Source: Gemmatimonadales bacterium (GTDB lineage: Bacteria; Gemmatimonadota; Gemmatimonadetes; Gemmatimonadales; Gemmatimonadaceae). From it: a stretch of DNA of 50,985 bases. A model generated the notes under the pieces. That model did no database searches. It saw only the letters and a list, made by a program, of their open reading frames with translations, and was not told the origin of the DNA. Location: assembly GCA_038324385.1 (NCBI GenBank), contig JBBQHX010000001.1:1-50985 (forward strand), in the 5' to 3' direction. Positions 8,667 through 18,334 of this stretch are shown here, piece after piece; within the stretch, counting starts at the first letter, position 1; every line of letters starts with the position of its first letter. The position numbers were made by a program, and so were the translations under genes.

Positions 8667-9683
8667 ATGGCAGTCCCAGCAATCGAGGATCTCCTGCAGG
8701 CGGGTGTCCACTTCGGACACCAGACGCGCCGCTGGAATCCCAAGATGCGTCGGTTCATTTTCGCCGAACGCAATGGCATTCATATCATCGACCTGCACAA
8801 GACGCTGCGGCAGCTTGAGCTCGCGCAGCAGCTCGTGCGCGAGGTCGTTCTGCGCGGCGAGCAGGTGATGTTCGTCTGCACCAAGCGGCAGCTCTCCGCC
8901 ATCGTGCGTGACGAGGCCGAAGGGTGCGGCGCGCAGTACATCACCGAGCGCTGGCTCGGCGGGCTGCTGACCAACTTCCAGACGGTCAAGAAGCAGCTCA
9001 AGAAGCTCAAGGATCTCGAGTCGGGCGCCGAGGAAGGCGGCCAGTTCACGAACTACACGAAGAAGGAGCAGCTCCTTCTTCAGCGGAAGCGTGACAAGCT
9101 CGACCGCAACCTGTCGGGTCTCAAGACGATGGGCCGCGTTCCCGGCTTGCTCTTCATCGTCGACTCGAAGAAAGAGCGCATCGCCGTCTCCGAGGCGAAG
9201 AAGCTCGGCATTCCGATCATCGCGATCGTCGATACGAACGCCGATCCCGATGTGATCACGGTGCCGATCGCCGGTAACGACGATGCGATCCGCTCGGTGG
9301 AGTTGCTCACGCACGCGATCGCCGGGGCGATCTCCGAGGCGCGTCAGCAGGCCCCGGCCGCGCGTGGCGGTGAAGGCGGCGAGGAGTCGGAGTCCTACAC
9401 GTACAGCTCCGACCGTGGCGCCGAGCGTGCCGCGCCGGACGACGCCAAGCGCCGTCGCCCGCGCCGTCGTCGTGCCAAGCCGGAAGCGCTGGCCGCGCAG
9501 CTCAAGGGCAGCGAGGGTGGTGAAGGTGGCGCCGAGGGCGGTGCCGAGACCGGCGCCGAGAGCGGCGCCGATGCTGGCTCCGAGGCTCCGCGTCCGGCCA
9601 CGCCGGCGCCCGCCTCCGCGGAAGCTGCCGCGCCCGAGATGGCGCCCGAGACGGCGCCCGAGACCGCGCCCGAGAGCGAGTGA
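8667..9683 (+). CDS. rpsB: 30S ribosomal protein S2 with a ~110-aa low-complexity C-terminal extension
   Basis: MAVPAIEDLLQAGVHFGHQTRRWNPKMRRFIFAERNGIHIIDLHKT is a canonical S2 N-terminus. The extension is charged and Gly/Ala/Glu/Pro-rich and ends in four tandem 12-bp repeats (9630-9677, APEM/APET/APET/APES). Confidence 0.96.
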   Translation: MAVPAIEDLLQAGVHFGHQTRRWNPKMRRFIFAERNGIHIIDLHKTLRQLELAQQLVREVVLRGEQVMFVCTKRQLSAIVRDEAEGCGAQYITERWLGGLLTNFQTVKKQLKKLKDLESGAEEGGQFTNYTKKEQLLLQRKRDKLDRNLSGLKTMGRVPGLLFIVDSKKERIAVSEAKKLGIPIIAIVDTNADPDVITVPIAGNDDAIRSVELLTHAIAGAISEARQQAPAARGGEGGEESESYTYSSDRGAERAAPDDAKRRRPRRRRAKPEALAAQLKGSEGGEGGAEGGAETGAESGADAGSEAPRPATPAPASAEAAAPEMAPETAPETAPESE

Positions 9684-9755
9684 GCGATCGGGCGGCGTTT
9701 CGCCGTCGCCGTTGCCGCGGGTAGTGCGCCCGTGGATTTCCGCGTAGACTTGTGT

Positions 9756-9784
9756 ACGCCGCCGGCCTTGGCCGGCGGCGTTTC
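9756..9784 (+). terminator. GC hairpin plus short T run between rpsB and tsf (attenuator/partial terminator candidate)
   Basis: acgccgccggcc / ttg / gccggcggcgt followed by ttcc. Confidence 0.45.
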
Positions 9785-9808
9785 CACGACCCGAGGACTG
9801 ATTCAACC

Positions 9809-10411
9809 ATGACGACTACGACTTTCACGGCCAAGGACGTCGCCGAGCTTCGGCAGCGTACCGGCGCCGGCATGATGGACTGCAAGAAGGCGCTCGAGGA
9901 GAACAAGGGCGATATCGACAAGTCGGTCGAGTATCTCCGCACGAAGGGGATCGCCAAGGCCGAGAAGCGCACTGGCAAGGCGACGTCCGAGGGCGCCGTG
10001 AACTCCTACATCCACCACAACGGCCGCATCGGCGTTCTGGTCGAGGTCAACTGCGAGACGGACTTCGTCGCTCGCACCGAGGACTTCCAGCAGCTCGTCC
10101 GGACTATCGCCGAGCACATCGCCGCCGCCGCCCCGCTGGGTGTCGACAAGAGCGAAGTGCCCGCCGAGGCGGTCGATCGCGAGCGCCGCATCGCCGAGGA
10201 GCAGGCCCGTGCGAGCGGCAAGCCCGACGCGATCGTCCAGAAGATGGTCGAGGGGAAGGTCGAGTCGTTCTACAAGGACGTCGTCCTGATGTCGCAGCCC
10301 TGGATCCGCGAGCCGAAGAAGACGATTGCCGACCTCGTCAAGGAGACGTCGTCCAAGGTCGGAGAGAACATTCAGGTCCGCCGTTTCGTCCGCTTCCAGC
10401 TCGGCGAGTAG
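9809..10411 (+). CDS. tsf: Elongation factor Ts (short ~200-aa form)
   Basis: ORF trimmed to the ATG at 9809. AKDVAELRQRTGAGMMDCKKALEENKGDIDKSVEYLRTKG is the UBA-like EF-Ts N-domain; it also has VEVNCETDFVART. Confidence 0.95.
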   Translation: MTTTTFTAKDVAELRQRTGAGMMDCKKALEENKGDIDKSVEYLRTKGIAKAEKRTGKATSEGAVNSYIHHNGRIGVLVEVNCETDFVARTEDFQQLVRTIAEHIAAAAPLGVDKSEVPAEAVDRERRIAEEQARASGKPDAIVQKMVEGKVESFYKDVVLMSQPWIREPKKTIADLVKETSSKVGENIQVRRFVRFQLGE

Positions 10412-10418
10412 CGGCCGC

Positions 10419-11132
10419 GTGTCCGGCCTCACGTACGAACGCATCCTGCTCAAGATCTCTGGCGAGGCGCTCGCCGGAGACAAGGGCTTCGGGCTCGACT
10501 TCGAGACGATCAGCCGGTTGGCGCAGGAGATCAAGGGAGTCGTCGCCATGGGGGCCCAGGTCGGGCTCGTCATCGGCGGCGGCAACATCGTCCGCGGCTC
10601 CCAGATCTCCAAGTTGGGTATGGACCGGGTCGCCGCGGACTACATGGGCATGCTCGGAACGGTCATCAACGCCCTTGCCCTGCAGGACGTCCTGGAGCGC
10701 GTGAATGTCGACACGCGCGTCATGACCGCCATTCGGATGGAGGAGCTGGCGGAGCCGTACATCCGCCGCCGTGCGCTGCGCCACTTCGAGAAGGGCCGGA
10801 CGGTGATTTTTGCGGCCGGCACCGGGAATCCGTACTTTTCGACGGATACGGCAGCGGTCCTGCGCGCGATCCAGACCAAGTCGCAGGTGATCATCAAGGC
10901 GACCGGCGTGGACGGCATCTACTCGGCCGACCCGCGCAAATTTCCGGACGCGACGCTCTACGAGACGATCAGCTATCGCGACGCGATCGTCGGTGAGCTC
11001 GCCGTGATGGATCAGACCGCGATCACGTTGTGCAAGGAAAACAAGCTGCCCCTCATCGTCCTCAACATCAATCAGCCTGGGGCCGTTGGACGCGCCTTGC
11101 GGGGAGAGCGCGTCGGAACCCTCGTCCAGTGA
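10419..11132 (+). CDS. pyrH: UMP kinase
   Basis: In-frame GTG at 10419 immediately precedes YERILLKISGEALAG, matching the usual PyrH N-terminus (the exact start is uncertain). It also has the GGGNIVRG and FAAGTGNPYFSTDTAA motifs. Confidence 0.92.
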   Translation: MSGLTYERILLKISGEALAGDKGFGLDFETISRLAQEIKGVVAMGAQVGLVIGGGNIVRGSQISKLGMDRVAADYMGMLGTVINALALQDVLERVNVDTRVMTAIRMEELAEPYIRRRALRHFEKGRTVIFAAGTGNPYFSTDTAAVLRAIQTKSQVIIKATGVDGIYSADPRKFPDATLYETISYRDAIVGELAVMDQTAITLCKENKLPLIVLNINQPGAVGRALRGERVGTLVQ

Positions 11133-11142
11133 GCTCTTGTCC

Positions 11143-11697
11143 ATGAGCACGATTGCACAGATCGTCAGCGATGCCAGCAGCGGGATGGAGAAAGCCGTCG
11201 AGAATTCGCGCCGGGAGTTCGCCGCGATCCGCACGGGAAAGGCCAGTGCGTCCCTTCTCGACACCGTGCGCGTTGAAGCCTACGGTCAGCAGATGGCATT
11301 GAACCAGGTCGCGTCCGTGAGCGCCCCGGAGCCGCGCCTGCTCCTCGTCACGCCGTACGACAAGAGCCAGGCGAAGCTGATCGAGAAGGCGATCCGCGAG
11401 TCCGACCTCGGCGTCGAGCCGTCGAATCAGGGCACGGTGATCCGGGTTCCGATTCCGCCGATGAACGAGCAGCGCCGCAAGGACCTGGTCAAGGTCGTGC
11501 ACAAGCTGGCCGAGGAAGGGAAGATCGGCGTGCGTCACGGCCGCACCGACGGCCGCGATCGCCTCAAGAAGCTCGACGGTGTCTCCGAGGACGAGGTCAA
11601 GCGGGCGGAGAAGGATTTGCAAAAGCTCCACGACGACCAGATCTCGCGTATGGACGAGATGGTGAAGGCCAAGGAAGTCGAAATCATGGAGGTCTGA
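11143..11697 (+). CDS. frr: Ribosome recycling factor
   Basis: ORF trimmed to the ATG at 11143. EFAAIRTGKASASLLDTVRVEAYG ... PIPPMNEQRRKDLVK ... typical RRF; 184 aa. Confidence 0.95.
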   Translation: MSTIAQIVSDASSGMEKAVENSRREFAAIRTGKASASLLDTVRVEAYGQQMALNQVASVSAPEPRLLLVTPYDKSQAKLIEKAIRESDLGVEPSNQGTVIRVPIPPMNEQRRKDLVKVVHKLAEEGKIGVRHGRTDGRDRLKKLDGVSEDEVKRAEKDLQKLHDDQISRMDEMVKAKEVEIMEV

Positions 11698-11705
11698 CGG
11701 TCGTC

Positions 11706-12461
11706 ATGCCGGAGGACACGAGCGCCGAGAAGTTGCTGGCGCAGATCCGCGTCCACGGCCACGTGCCGAGGCACGTGGCGATCATCATGGACGGGAATGG
11801 CCGCTGGGCGCGCGAGCGATCGATGCCGCGCCCGTACGGGCATCGCTCCGGCATGAAGTCCGTGCGCGAGGTGGTGGAGGGCGCCATCGAGGCTGGTCTC
11901 GAGGTGCTCTCGCTCTTCGCGTTCTCGCAGGAGAACTGGCTGCGACCCGAGAGCGAAGTCTCCGCGCTCATGTCGCTCCTCGAGGAGTACGTCGCGCGCG
12001 AGGCGGACGAGCTGCACGCCAACGGCGTGCGTGTGCGGGTGCTCGGCGCGCTCGAGCGCCTCACGCCGGCCGCCGCCAATGCCGTCGATCGCGTGGTGCA
12101 ACTGACCGCGGGCAACACTCGCATTCTGCTCAACCTGTTCATCTCGTACGGGAGCCGCGCCGAGCTCACCCGGGCCGCGCGCCTGCTCGTCGAGGACGCA
12201 CTCGATGGGCGCCTCACGCCTGACGAGGTGACCGAGCAGTTGTTCGCCGACCGGCTGTACACCGTCGGCATTCCGGACCCTGACCTGCTCATCCGCACCT
12301 CGGGCGAGCGACGGATCTCGAACTTCCTGCTCTGGCAGCTCGCCTACGCCGAGTTGTACATGTCGTCCCGGCTCTGGCCCGATTTCACCCGCGACGAGCT
12401 GTTTCGCGCGATCCTCGATTACCAGAGCCGGGAGCGGCGCTTCGGGCGCGTGACGGTGTAA
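11706..12461 (+). CDS. uppS: Di-trans,poly-cis-undecaprenyl-diphosphate synthase
   Basis: HVAIIMDGNGRWARER ... FAFSQENW ... IRTSGERRISNFLLWQLAYAELY are canonical UPPS motifs. Confidence 0.95.
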   Translation: MPEDTSAEKLLAQIRVHGHVPRHVAIIMDGNGRWARERSMPRPYGHRSGMKSVREVVEGAIEAGLEVLSLFAFSQENWLRPESEVSALMSLLEEYVAREADELHANGVRVRVLGALERLTPAAANAVDRVVQLTAGNTRILLNLFISYGSRAELTRAARLLVEDALDGRLTPDEVTEQLFADRLYTVGIPDPDLLIRTSGERRISNFLLWQLAYAELYMSSRLWPDFTRDELFRAILDYQSRERRFGRVTV

Positions 12462-12530
12462 CGTGTTCGGCGGCCGCGTCAGCGACCGCGCACGCGCGAC
12501 GCTGTCGCGCCCTCCCGATCCTCCGTCCGC

Positions 12531-13388
12531 GTGTCCGAACTCACTCTGCGCATCCTCTCCGCGCTCGTCGCGGTGCCCGTGGTGGTTGCCACCGTCTACC
12601 TCGGCGATGCCGCCCTCGCATCGCTGCTCGGGGTTACCGCGGCGCTTGCCTGTTGGGAACTGTTTCGGATGGCCGAACGGACCGGCGCCCGCCCGATCGC
12701 CTGGCTGGGGATACCGCTCGCTGCCGCGGTGCCGCTGGCCGTTCACGGCTACCAGCTCCGGCTGTTCGGACCGCCGCTCGCCCTCGCGGTGCTGATCCCG
12801 CTCGTGGTGCTCGGCGTCGCGATCTGGGCGCGCGGTGTCGCGGGACGCCCGCTCGCCTCGGCCGCAGTGACCGTGTTCGGCATTGTGTACGTCGGCGCGA
12901 CGCTCAGCTTCGCGTATGGGCTCCGCTACCATCGCTTCGCCATCGGCGCACTGGCGGGCAGCGCGCTGGTGCTGCTCCCAGTGGTCCTGACCTGGGGGTC
13001 GGACACCGGCGCGTACTTCGCCGGCCGCACCTTTGGCAAGCGGAAACTCATTCCATCGGTCAGTCCTGGAAAGACAGTCGCGGGGGCCGTTGGCGGGCTG
13101 ATCGCAACGGTGATCGTCGCCTACCTCTACAGCCGCTTCGCGTTGCGGCCGGCCGCGCAGCTGGCGCTTTCGCCTTGGGGCGCCGTCATCTTCGGGACGA
13201 TCATCAGTGTCGCCGCCCAGGTGGGCGATCTCGCCGAGTCGCTGCTCAAACGTGAGGCGGACGTGAAAGACAGCTCACGGCTCATTCCGGGGCATGGCGG
13301 CGTGCTCGATCGGGTGGACAGCCTGCTGTTCACCCTCCCGGTGGGCTATCTGCTGGCCGACCTGCTCCTGCTGCCGGCACCGTTATGA
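12531..13388 (+). CDS. cdsA: Phosphatidate cytidylyltransferase (CDP-diglyceride synthase)
   Basis: Polytopic membrane protein with SDTGAYFAGRTFGKRKL..SPGKTVAG and GHGGVLDRVDS signatures. GTG start at 12531. Confidence 0.9.
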   Translation: MSELTLRILSALVAVPVVVATVYLGDAALASLLGVTAALACWELFRMAERTGARPIAWLGIPLAAAVPLAVHGYQLRLFGPPLALAVLIPLVVLGVAIWARGVAGRPLASAAVTVFGIVYVGATLSFAYGLRYHRFAIGALAGSALVLLPVVLTWGSDTGAYFAGRTFGKRKLIPSVSPGKTVAGAVGGLIATVIVAYLYSRFALRPAAQLALSPWGAVIFGTIISVAAQVGDLAESLLKREADVKDSSRLIPGHGGVLDRVDSLLFTLPVGYLLADLLLLPAPL

Positions 13389-14512
13389 CCATCCGTGGCG
13401 TGGCATTGCTGGGCTCTACCGGCTCGATCGGCACGACGGCGTTGCGCGTCCTCGAGCGGCAACGCGAGCGGTTTTCCGTGGTCGCGCTGACCGCTCATCA
13501 GAATGAGGCCTTGCTGCGCGAGCAGGCCAACCGATTCGCCCCGGCCTACGTCGGCATGGTCACCTCCACGGCCGGCAATGGCTGGCGGTCGGGCGCCGAG
13601 TGCCTTGTCGAGGCGGCGAGCCTGCCGGAGGCCGATATCGTACTGAACGCCGTGGTCGGCGCCGCCGGCCTCGATGCGACGCTGGTCGCGCTGGAGCGCG
13701 GCAAGCGCGTCGCGCTCGCGAACAAGGAGACGCTGGTGGTCGCCGGCGAGTTGGTGTTGGCTGCCGCCGCAGCCCATGGCGGCGAACTGGTGCCCGTCGA
13801 TTCCGAGCACTCGGCGATATTGCAGTGCATCGGTGACCGGCCACGCTCCGAGATCCGGCGGTTGGTGCTGACCGCCTCGGGCGGGCCGTTTCGGGAATGG
13901 AACGCCGAGCGGCTGGCGAGGGCGAGCCTGGCCGACGCGTTGCAGCACCCCACGTGGCAGATGGGACGGAAGATCACGATCGACAGCGCCACGCTCGCGA
14001 ACAAGGCGCTCGAGGTCATCGAGGCGCACTTCCTGTTCGGCATCCCGTACGAGCGGATCGAAGTCGTGGTGCACCCGCAGAGCGTCGTCCACTCCTTCGT
14101 CGAATTTGTCGATGGGAGCGTGATCGCGCAGATGGGCGTTCCCAGCATGGAGCTTCCGGTGCTGTACGCGCTCACCCATCCGGATCGCGTGTCGGACACG
14201 GGCGTTCCGCCGTTCGACGCGGTCGAGCTCTCGCCCCTGACCTTCGAGCGCGTTCGGCACGATGCCTTCCCGACGCTCGGCTTGGGTATCCAGGCGGGAC
14301 GGCGCGGTGGAGCCGCGCCGGCGGTTTTCAATGCGGCAAACGAGGCCGCGGTTGCACTCTTCCTGGCGGGCCGTCTGACCTTCGCCGATATCCCTCGCTC
14401 GATCGAACACGTGCTGGACCGATTGGCCGATGCGCCGGCCGGGACCCGCGATCGATTGCTCGCCGCCGATGCCGAAGCGCGGCGCCTTGTTTCGGAGATG
14501 TTCGCATGCTGA
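13385..14512 (+). CDS. dxr: 1-deoxy-D-xylulose-5-phosphate reductoisomerase
   Basis: ATGA overlap with the cdsA stop. [13 protein letters not shown]..., [17 protein letters not shown] and TASGGPFR motifs. Confidence 0.95.
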   Translation: MTIRGVALLGSTGSIGTTALRVLERQRERFSVVALTAHQNEALLREQANRFAPAYVGMVTSTAGNGWRSGAECLVEAASLPEADIVLNAVVGAAGLDATLVALERGKRVALANKETLVVAGELVLAAAAAHGGELVPVDSEHSAILQCIGDRPRSEIRRLVLTASGGPFREWNAERLARASLADALQHPTWQMGRKITIDSATLANKALEVIEAHFLFGIPYERIEVVVHPQSVVHSFVEFVDGSVIAQMGVPSMELPVLYALTHPDRVSDTGVPPFDAVELSPLTFERVRHDAFPTLGLGIQAGRRGGAAPAVFNAANEAAVALFLAGRLTFADIPRSIEHVLDRLADAPAGTRDRLLAADAEARRLVSEMFAC

Positions 14513-15735
14513 GCTGGCTCGCGCCTCTACTCGTTTTCGGGCTCGTGGTGTTCGTCCACGAACTCGGCCACTTCCTGGCCGCCAAGGCGGTGGGCGTCTA
14601 CGCACCCCGCTTTTCCATCGGCTTCGGTCCGGCTCTCTGGCGGAAGCGGTGGGGCGAGACGGAGTACGTGATCGCCGCTCTGCCGCTTGGCGGCTATGTC
14701 CGCATGGCCTCACGAGAAGACGAGGCGATGGCGCTCATCGAGGGCGGGGGGGAGAAGGCCGCCGGTGCGTCGGATGAGCCGCATACCGTCGGTGGCAACG
14801 CTTCGGATCTCAAGATGGCCGACGAGTCGATTGCCGACGGCGTGAGGCCTGACGACTGGGATCCCGAAGCGCTGACGCCGTTCGGCCCGAAGCCGGTGCC
14901 CGAGCACCGCTGGTTCGAATCCAAGTCGCTCCCGGCGCGCCTGCTGATCCTCATCGCCGGCGTGGCGATGAACGTGCTGCTCGGCCTCGTCGTCTCGATC
15001 GGCACCTTCGCCTATTACGGGCAGCCGTACCGCGTCGCGGTGGTCGACTCGCTGGTCGCGGGGATGCCCGCCGCGACCTCCGGGCTGCAGTCAGGCGACA
15101 GCATCGTCGCCGTCGACGGGGAGTCGGTGCGTACGTTCGAGCAGGTGGTCGAGCGGGTCGGGCCGGCCGCCGGCCGCGACATCCGGATCGATGTGTTGCG
15201 TGGTGGAGCGCCGGTATCGATCACCGTGCGCCCCGAGGCGACCACGGTCACGAACCCGCTCACGGGCGAGGAACGCCAGGACGGCCGGATCGGCGCGGTC
15301 CCGGTCGATCGGGTGGGGCGGGATGCATTGCCGATCGGCGACGCCGCCAGCCGGGGTTGGACGGCGACCTGGGGGATGGCCGGCGCCGTCGTCACTGTGT
15401 TGCAGCGACTGGTCACGGGGCGCGAGTCGGTCGAGAACCTCGGCGGGCCGGTGGCGATCGCTCGCATCTCGGTGGCCGCGGCGGAGTCCGGGGCGGAGAA
15501 CTTGCTGGCGTTGATCGCCTTCCTCAGCGTGAACATCGGGATCTTCAACCTGCTGCCGATCCCCATCCTGGACGGCGGACAGATCCTGATCAACGTGCTC
15601 GAGGCGGCGAAGGGGAGTGCGTTCAGTCCACGCACGCGAGATGTCATCCTCCGCGTCGGGCTCGTCGCCATCGGCATGCTGTTCGTCGTCGTGATGTTCA
15701 ACGACATCAAGAGCCTCATCCAGTCCTTCCTCTGA
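14506..15735 (+). CDS. rseP: RIP zinc metalloprotease RseP (site-2 protease, M50 family)
   Basis: ORF 13897..15735 trimmed to the ATG at 14506, which overlaps the dxr stop. [27 protein letters not shown] carries HExxH; a PDZ-like middle region follows; C-terminal [11 protein letters not shown]. Confidence 0.9.
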   Translation: MLSWLAPLLVFGLVVFVHELGHFLAAKAVGVYAPRFSIGFGPALWRKRWGETEYVIAALPLGGYVRMASREDEAMALIEGGGEKAAGASDEPHTVGGNASDLKMADESIADGVRPDDWDPEALTPFGPKPVPEHRWFESKSLPARLLILIAGVAMNVLLGLVVSIGTFAYYGQPYRVAVVDSLVAGMPAATSGLQSGDSIVAVDGESVRTFEQVVERVGPAAGRDIRIDVLRGGAPVSITVRPEATTVTNPLTGEERQDGRIGAVPVDRVGRDALPIGDAASRGWTATWGMAGAVVTVLQRLVTGRESVENLGGPVAIARISVAAAESGAENLLALIAFLSVNIGIFNLLPIPILDGGQILINVLEAAKGSAFSPRTRDVILRVGLVAIGMLFVVVMFNDIKSLIQSFL

Positions 15736-16145
15736 TGGCCCGTCGGCTGCCCACCCTCCACCTCATTGCCGCCCTCGCGCTCGCGGGCGCGGCCACCCCA
15801 CTCGCTGCCGAGGCGCAGGCGGTGGCCGCGCGATTCACCATCGCGACGGTCAGGGACAGCACGATCGTCTTCGTGATCGGCGATCACCGGTGGGTGAAGG
15901 TCGGCATGGAAGGACGCGCCCTGGATCCGGCCCGCAGCGACGAGATGGTCGCACAGTTCCGCGTCCTGATCGTCGAGAGCGACCGGGCCGAGGCGCTGAT
16001 CACCGGGCAGACGCGTCGGCTGATCGATGCGCACGTCGCCGTGATCGACCGGCCACCGCGTCCATTCTGGCGTCAGGCGATGTTCTGGGTGGGTTCGCTC
16101 ACCGGGCTGATCGTCGGCGCCGCGGCCGGCGCGGCGCTGCTGTAG
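15736..16145 (+). CDS. Hypothetical exported/membrane-anchored protein (signal peptide plus C-terminal TM helix)
   Basis: The ATG at 15736 directly abuts the rseP stop (TGATG). [29 protein letters not shown] is signal-peptide-like; the C-terminus is AMFWVGSLTGLIVGAAAGAALL. No family recognised. Confidence 0.55.
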
Positions 16146-16192
16146 CGCCCACGGGCTCGGTGACGCTACGACTGCCTCGCGCGCTGCGTGCT

Positions 16193-17800
16193 CTACGATC
16201 CGCAGAGCGGCAGGGCGGAGCTGCGTTGTTCCGGCACCGCGGCGGTAGCGGGCAGAATCTCCACCACGTCCTCGTACGCCGTGCAGCCCGGACGGCTGAG
16301 CGTGACATCGTACCGCCCGACCGGAAGCACGATTGGCTGCTGGAGCGAAACCAGACCGTCGAAGACGCGGCGATCGCCGCTCTGGGAGACGAACCGGTAG
16401 CTGGTGCCGGTGGGCGCGCGCGAGAAGCTGATCCGGCCGCACGCCCGCGCGTCGAGGCTCACGGTGCGCTGGGCACCGCCCGTCAGCACGACCGTCTGCG
16501 ACGATTCCGCGGATTCGCAGCCGCCGATGGCATTGGCGACTCGGGCGGTGATCCGGTATCGGCCCGGCGGGAGCGTATCGCTGCTCCAACTGTCCGCGCC
16601 GACACGCCGGTCGTTGGCCTGGATCTGCGCCCCACGGGCGACGACGCGGAGCGAGGCGCGCGGGCGGGCGTCGTCCGTGGGCGCGGTAACCCCACTCGAA
16701 TCGGCCGCGGGCGCCGCCACCACCAGCGGTGCCAGCGTGTCGACCCCAGCCTGCGCCGCACCGGGCATGACCAGATCGCCCGACGTCTCGCCGCGCGAGG
16801 CGAGCGCGATGATCGCGAGAAGGCCCGCGGCTGCCGCGCCGGCGATTGCCGTGGGCCGCTGCCAGCCGCGGTTGCCACCCAGCGATGGGCCGACACCGGT
16901 ACGGGCTCCTCGAGCGGGCGTCGGCAGGTCGAGCGCGGGGACGGCCATCGTCGGCGCCGAGCTCGCGTCCACGGCCTTGCCCGCGCACTGGTTCAACGCC
17001 TCGGCGAGCTCCTCGGCCGTGGCGAACCGGTCGTCGGGATCCTTGGCGAGGCAGCGCAGCACGGCGGTGTCGAACGCCGGGGAGAGGGAAGGGTTGAGTG
17101 AGCGCAGCGACGGCGGTTCCATCTCGATGTGCTGCTTTGCGATGATGTACCAGTCCTCGCCTTCGAACGGCAGCTGGCCGGTGGCCGCGCGAAAGAGCGT
17201 CACGCCGAGGGCGTAGATGTCCGTCCGGCCGTCCACCGGCCGGCCGCGCGCCTGCTCGGGCGCAAAGTACTGCGGCGTCCCGACGACGATGTTCGTGCGC
17301 GTCTCGTGCGCGGCCTCGGCGGCGGCGCGCGCGATCCCGAAATCGACGACCACCGCGTTGCCGTGATCGTCGAACATGATATTGTCGACCTTCACGTCCC
17401 GGTGGACCACCCCGGCGCGATGGGCGAAGCCGAGAGCCCGGGCGACGTCGGCGCCGAGTCGGGTGACGGCAGGCTCGGGGAGCGTCGGGGTGATTTCGAG
17501 GCGCGCGGTGAGCCCCTGCGCGAGGAAATCCATCGCGAAGTAGACGGCGTCGTCCTCTCGACCGACGGCGTAGATCGTGACGATGTTCGGGTGGCGGAGC
17601 TTGGCGGCGGTCGCGGCCTCGCGCCGGAAGCGCGCCTCGAATTCCGGGTCGGCGCCGAACTGAGGCTTGAGCACCTTCAGGGCAACGGGAATCTCGAGGT
17701 CGGGGTCGAAGCCCCGATAGACCCAGGCGAACCCTCCGGTGCCGATGAAGGCATCCACCCGATAGCGGCCGAGGACACGGCCGAGATAGCGCTCAGGCAA
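16193..17800 (-). CDS. Hanks-type Ser/Thr protein kinase with TM segment and extracytoplasmic beta-rich (PEGA-like) domains
   Basis: GTGGFAWVY...VALKVL, HRDVKVDNIMF, DFGIA, GTPQYFAPEQ. A TM segment (AIAGAAAAGLLAIIALA) follows, then repeats of the type PPGRYRITA... / LPVGRYDVTL.... Confidence 0.9.
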   Translation of the reverse strand: MPERYLGRVLGRYRVDAFIGTGGFAWVYRGFDPDLEIPVALKVLKPQFGADPEFEARFRREAATAAKLRHPNIVTIYAVGREDDAVYFAMDFLAQGLTARLEITPTLPEPAVTRLGADVARALGFAHRAGVVHRDVKVDNIMFDDHGNAVVVDFGIARAAAEAAHETRTNIVVGTPQYFAPEQARGRPVDGRTDIYALGVTLFRAATGQLPFEGEDWYIIAKQHIEMEPPSLRSLNPSLSPAFDTAVLRCLAKDPDDRFATAEELAEALNQCAGKAVDASSAPTMAVPALDLPTPARGARTGVGPSLGGNRGWQRPTAIAGAAAAGLLAIIALASRGETSGDLVMPGAAQAGVDTLAPLVVAAPAADSSGVTAPTDDARPRASLRVVARGAQIQANDRRVGADSWSSDTLPPGRYRITARVANAIGGCESAESSQTVVLTGGAQRTVSLDARACGRISFSRAPTGTSYRFVSQSGDRRVFDGLVSLQQPIVLPVGRYDVTLSRPGCTAYEDVVEILPATAAVPEQRSSALPLCGS

Positions 17801-17897
17801 CGGGTAACCTTTACAGGTGGGTGCGGATCCAGTAAGTTACCGTGATTGAATCAATTGGGCGCGCGCTGCGCTGCACGACGTTTCGAGAATATACACC

Positions 17898-18158
17898 ATG
17901 GCCTTCGAGAAAGCACCGACGATCGAGAAGCATCGGTCACACGAGACGGACACTGGCTCCACGCGAGTACAGGTCGCCGTGCTCACCGATCGAATCAATT
18001 ACCTGACGGATCACTTCCGCAAGCACCACAAGGACCATCATGGTCGTCGTGGGCTGCTCAAGATGGTCGGACGCCGTCGGCGCCTGCTCGACTACATGAA
18101 GCGCAAGAACCTCGAGGGGTATCGGGCGCTCATCCAGCAGCTCGGCCTCCGCTACTAG
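17898..18158 (+). CDS. rpsO: 30S ribosomal protein S15
   Basis: [57 protein letters not shown]; 86 aa. Confidence 0.97.
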   Translation: MAFEKAPTIEKHRSHETDTGSTRVQVAVLTDRINYLTDHFRKHHKDHHGRRGLLKMVGRRRRLLDYMKRKNLEGYRALIQQLGLRY

Positions 18159-18175
18159 CCAGCACGGGGCAGGGT

Positions 18176-18219
18176 TCGCGCGCGGGCGCATTTTCATAAT
18201 GCGACCCGCGCGTTTGTAT
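18176..18219 (+). terminator. Hairpin plus T-rich tail after rpsO (terminator and/or pnp leader structure)
   Basis: cgcgcgggcgcatt / ttcat / aatgcgacccgcgcg (one bulge), followed by tttgtatt. Confidence 0.55.
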
Positions 18220-18334
18220 TGCATCGGGTTGGCGTTAGGCACCGCCGAACGCCCGATTTCGCGGTCACTTCATCGCAGGCTGTGCGCGGGCATGTACCCG
18301 CTCCTGCGACCCACCGAGTAACAAAGCGGACATC

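Noticed and set aside
9630-9677. Short tandem repeats as possible CRISPR or VNTR loci: 9630-9677, 1135-1182, 30201-30230, 42304-42329.
   Set aside because: The units are 6-12 bp without spacers, and most lie inside coding sequence. None has CRISPR architecture (repeats of at least 23 bp with unique spacers).
14912-14922. GGTTCGAATCC, a tRNA T-loop consensus.
   Set aside because: It lies inside the rseP coding frame, and the flanking bases do not form a T-stem (gctgg versus ccaag) or any acceptor stem.
17848-17897. Possible promoter or leaderless start for rpsO (TTGAAT at 17846-17851, GAGAAT at 17885-17890).
   Set aside because: I could not pair a -35 and a -10 at acceptable spacing, so it is too speculative to list as a feature.
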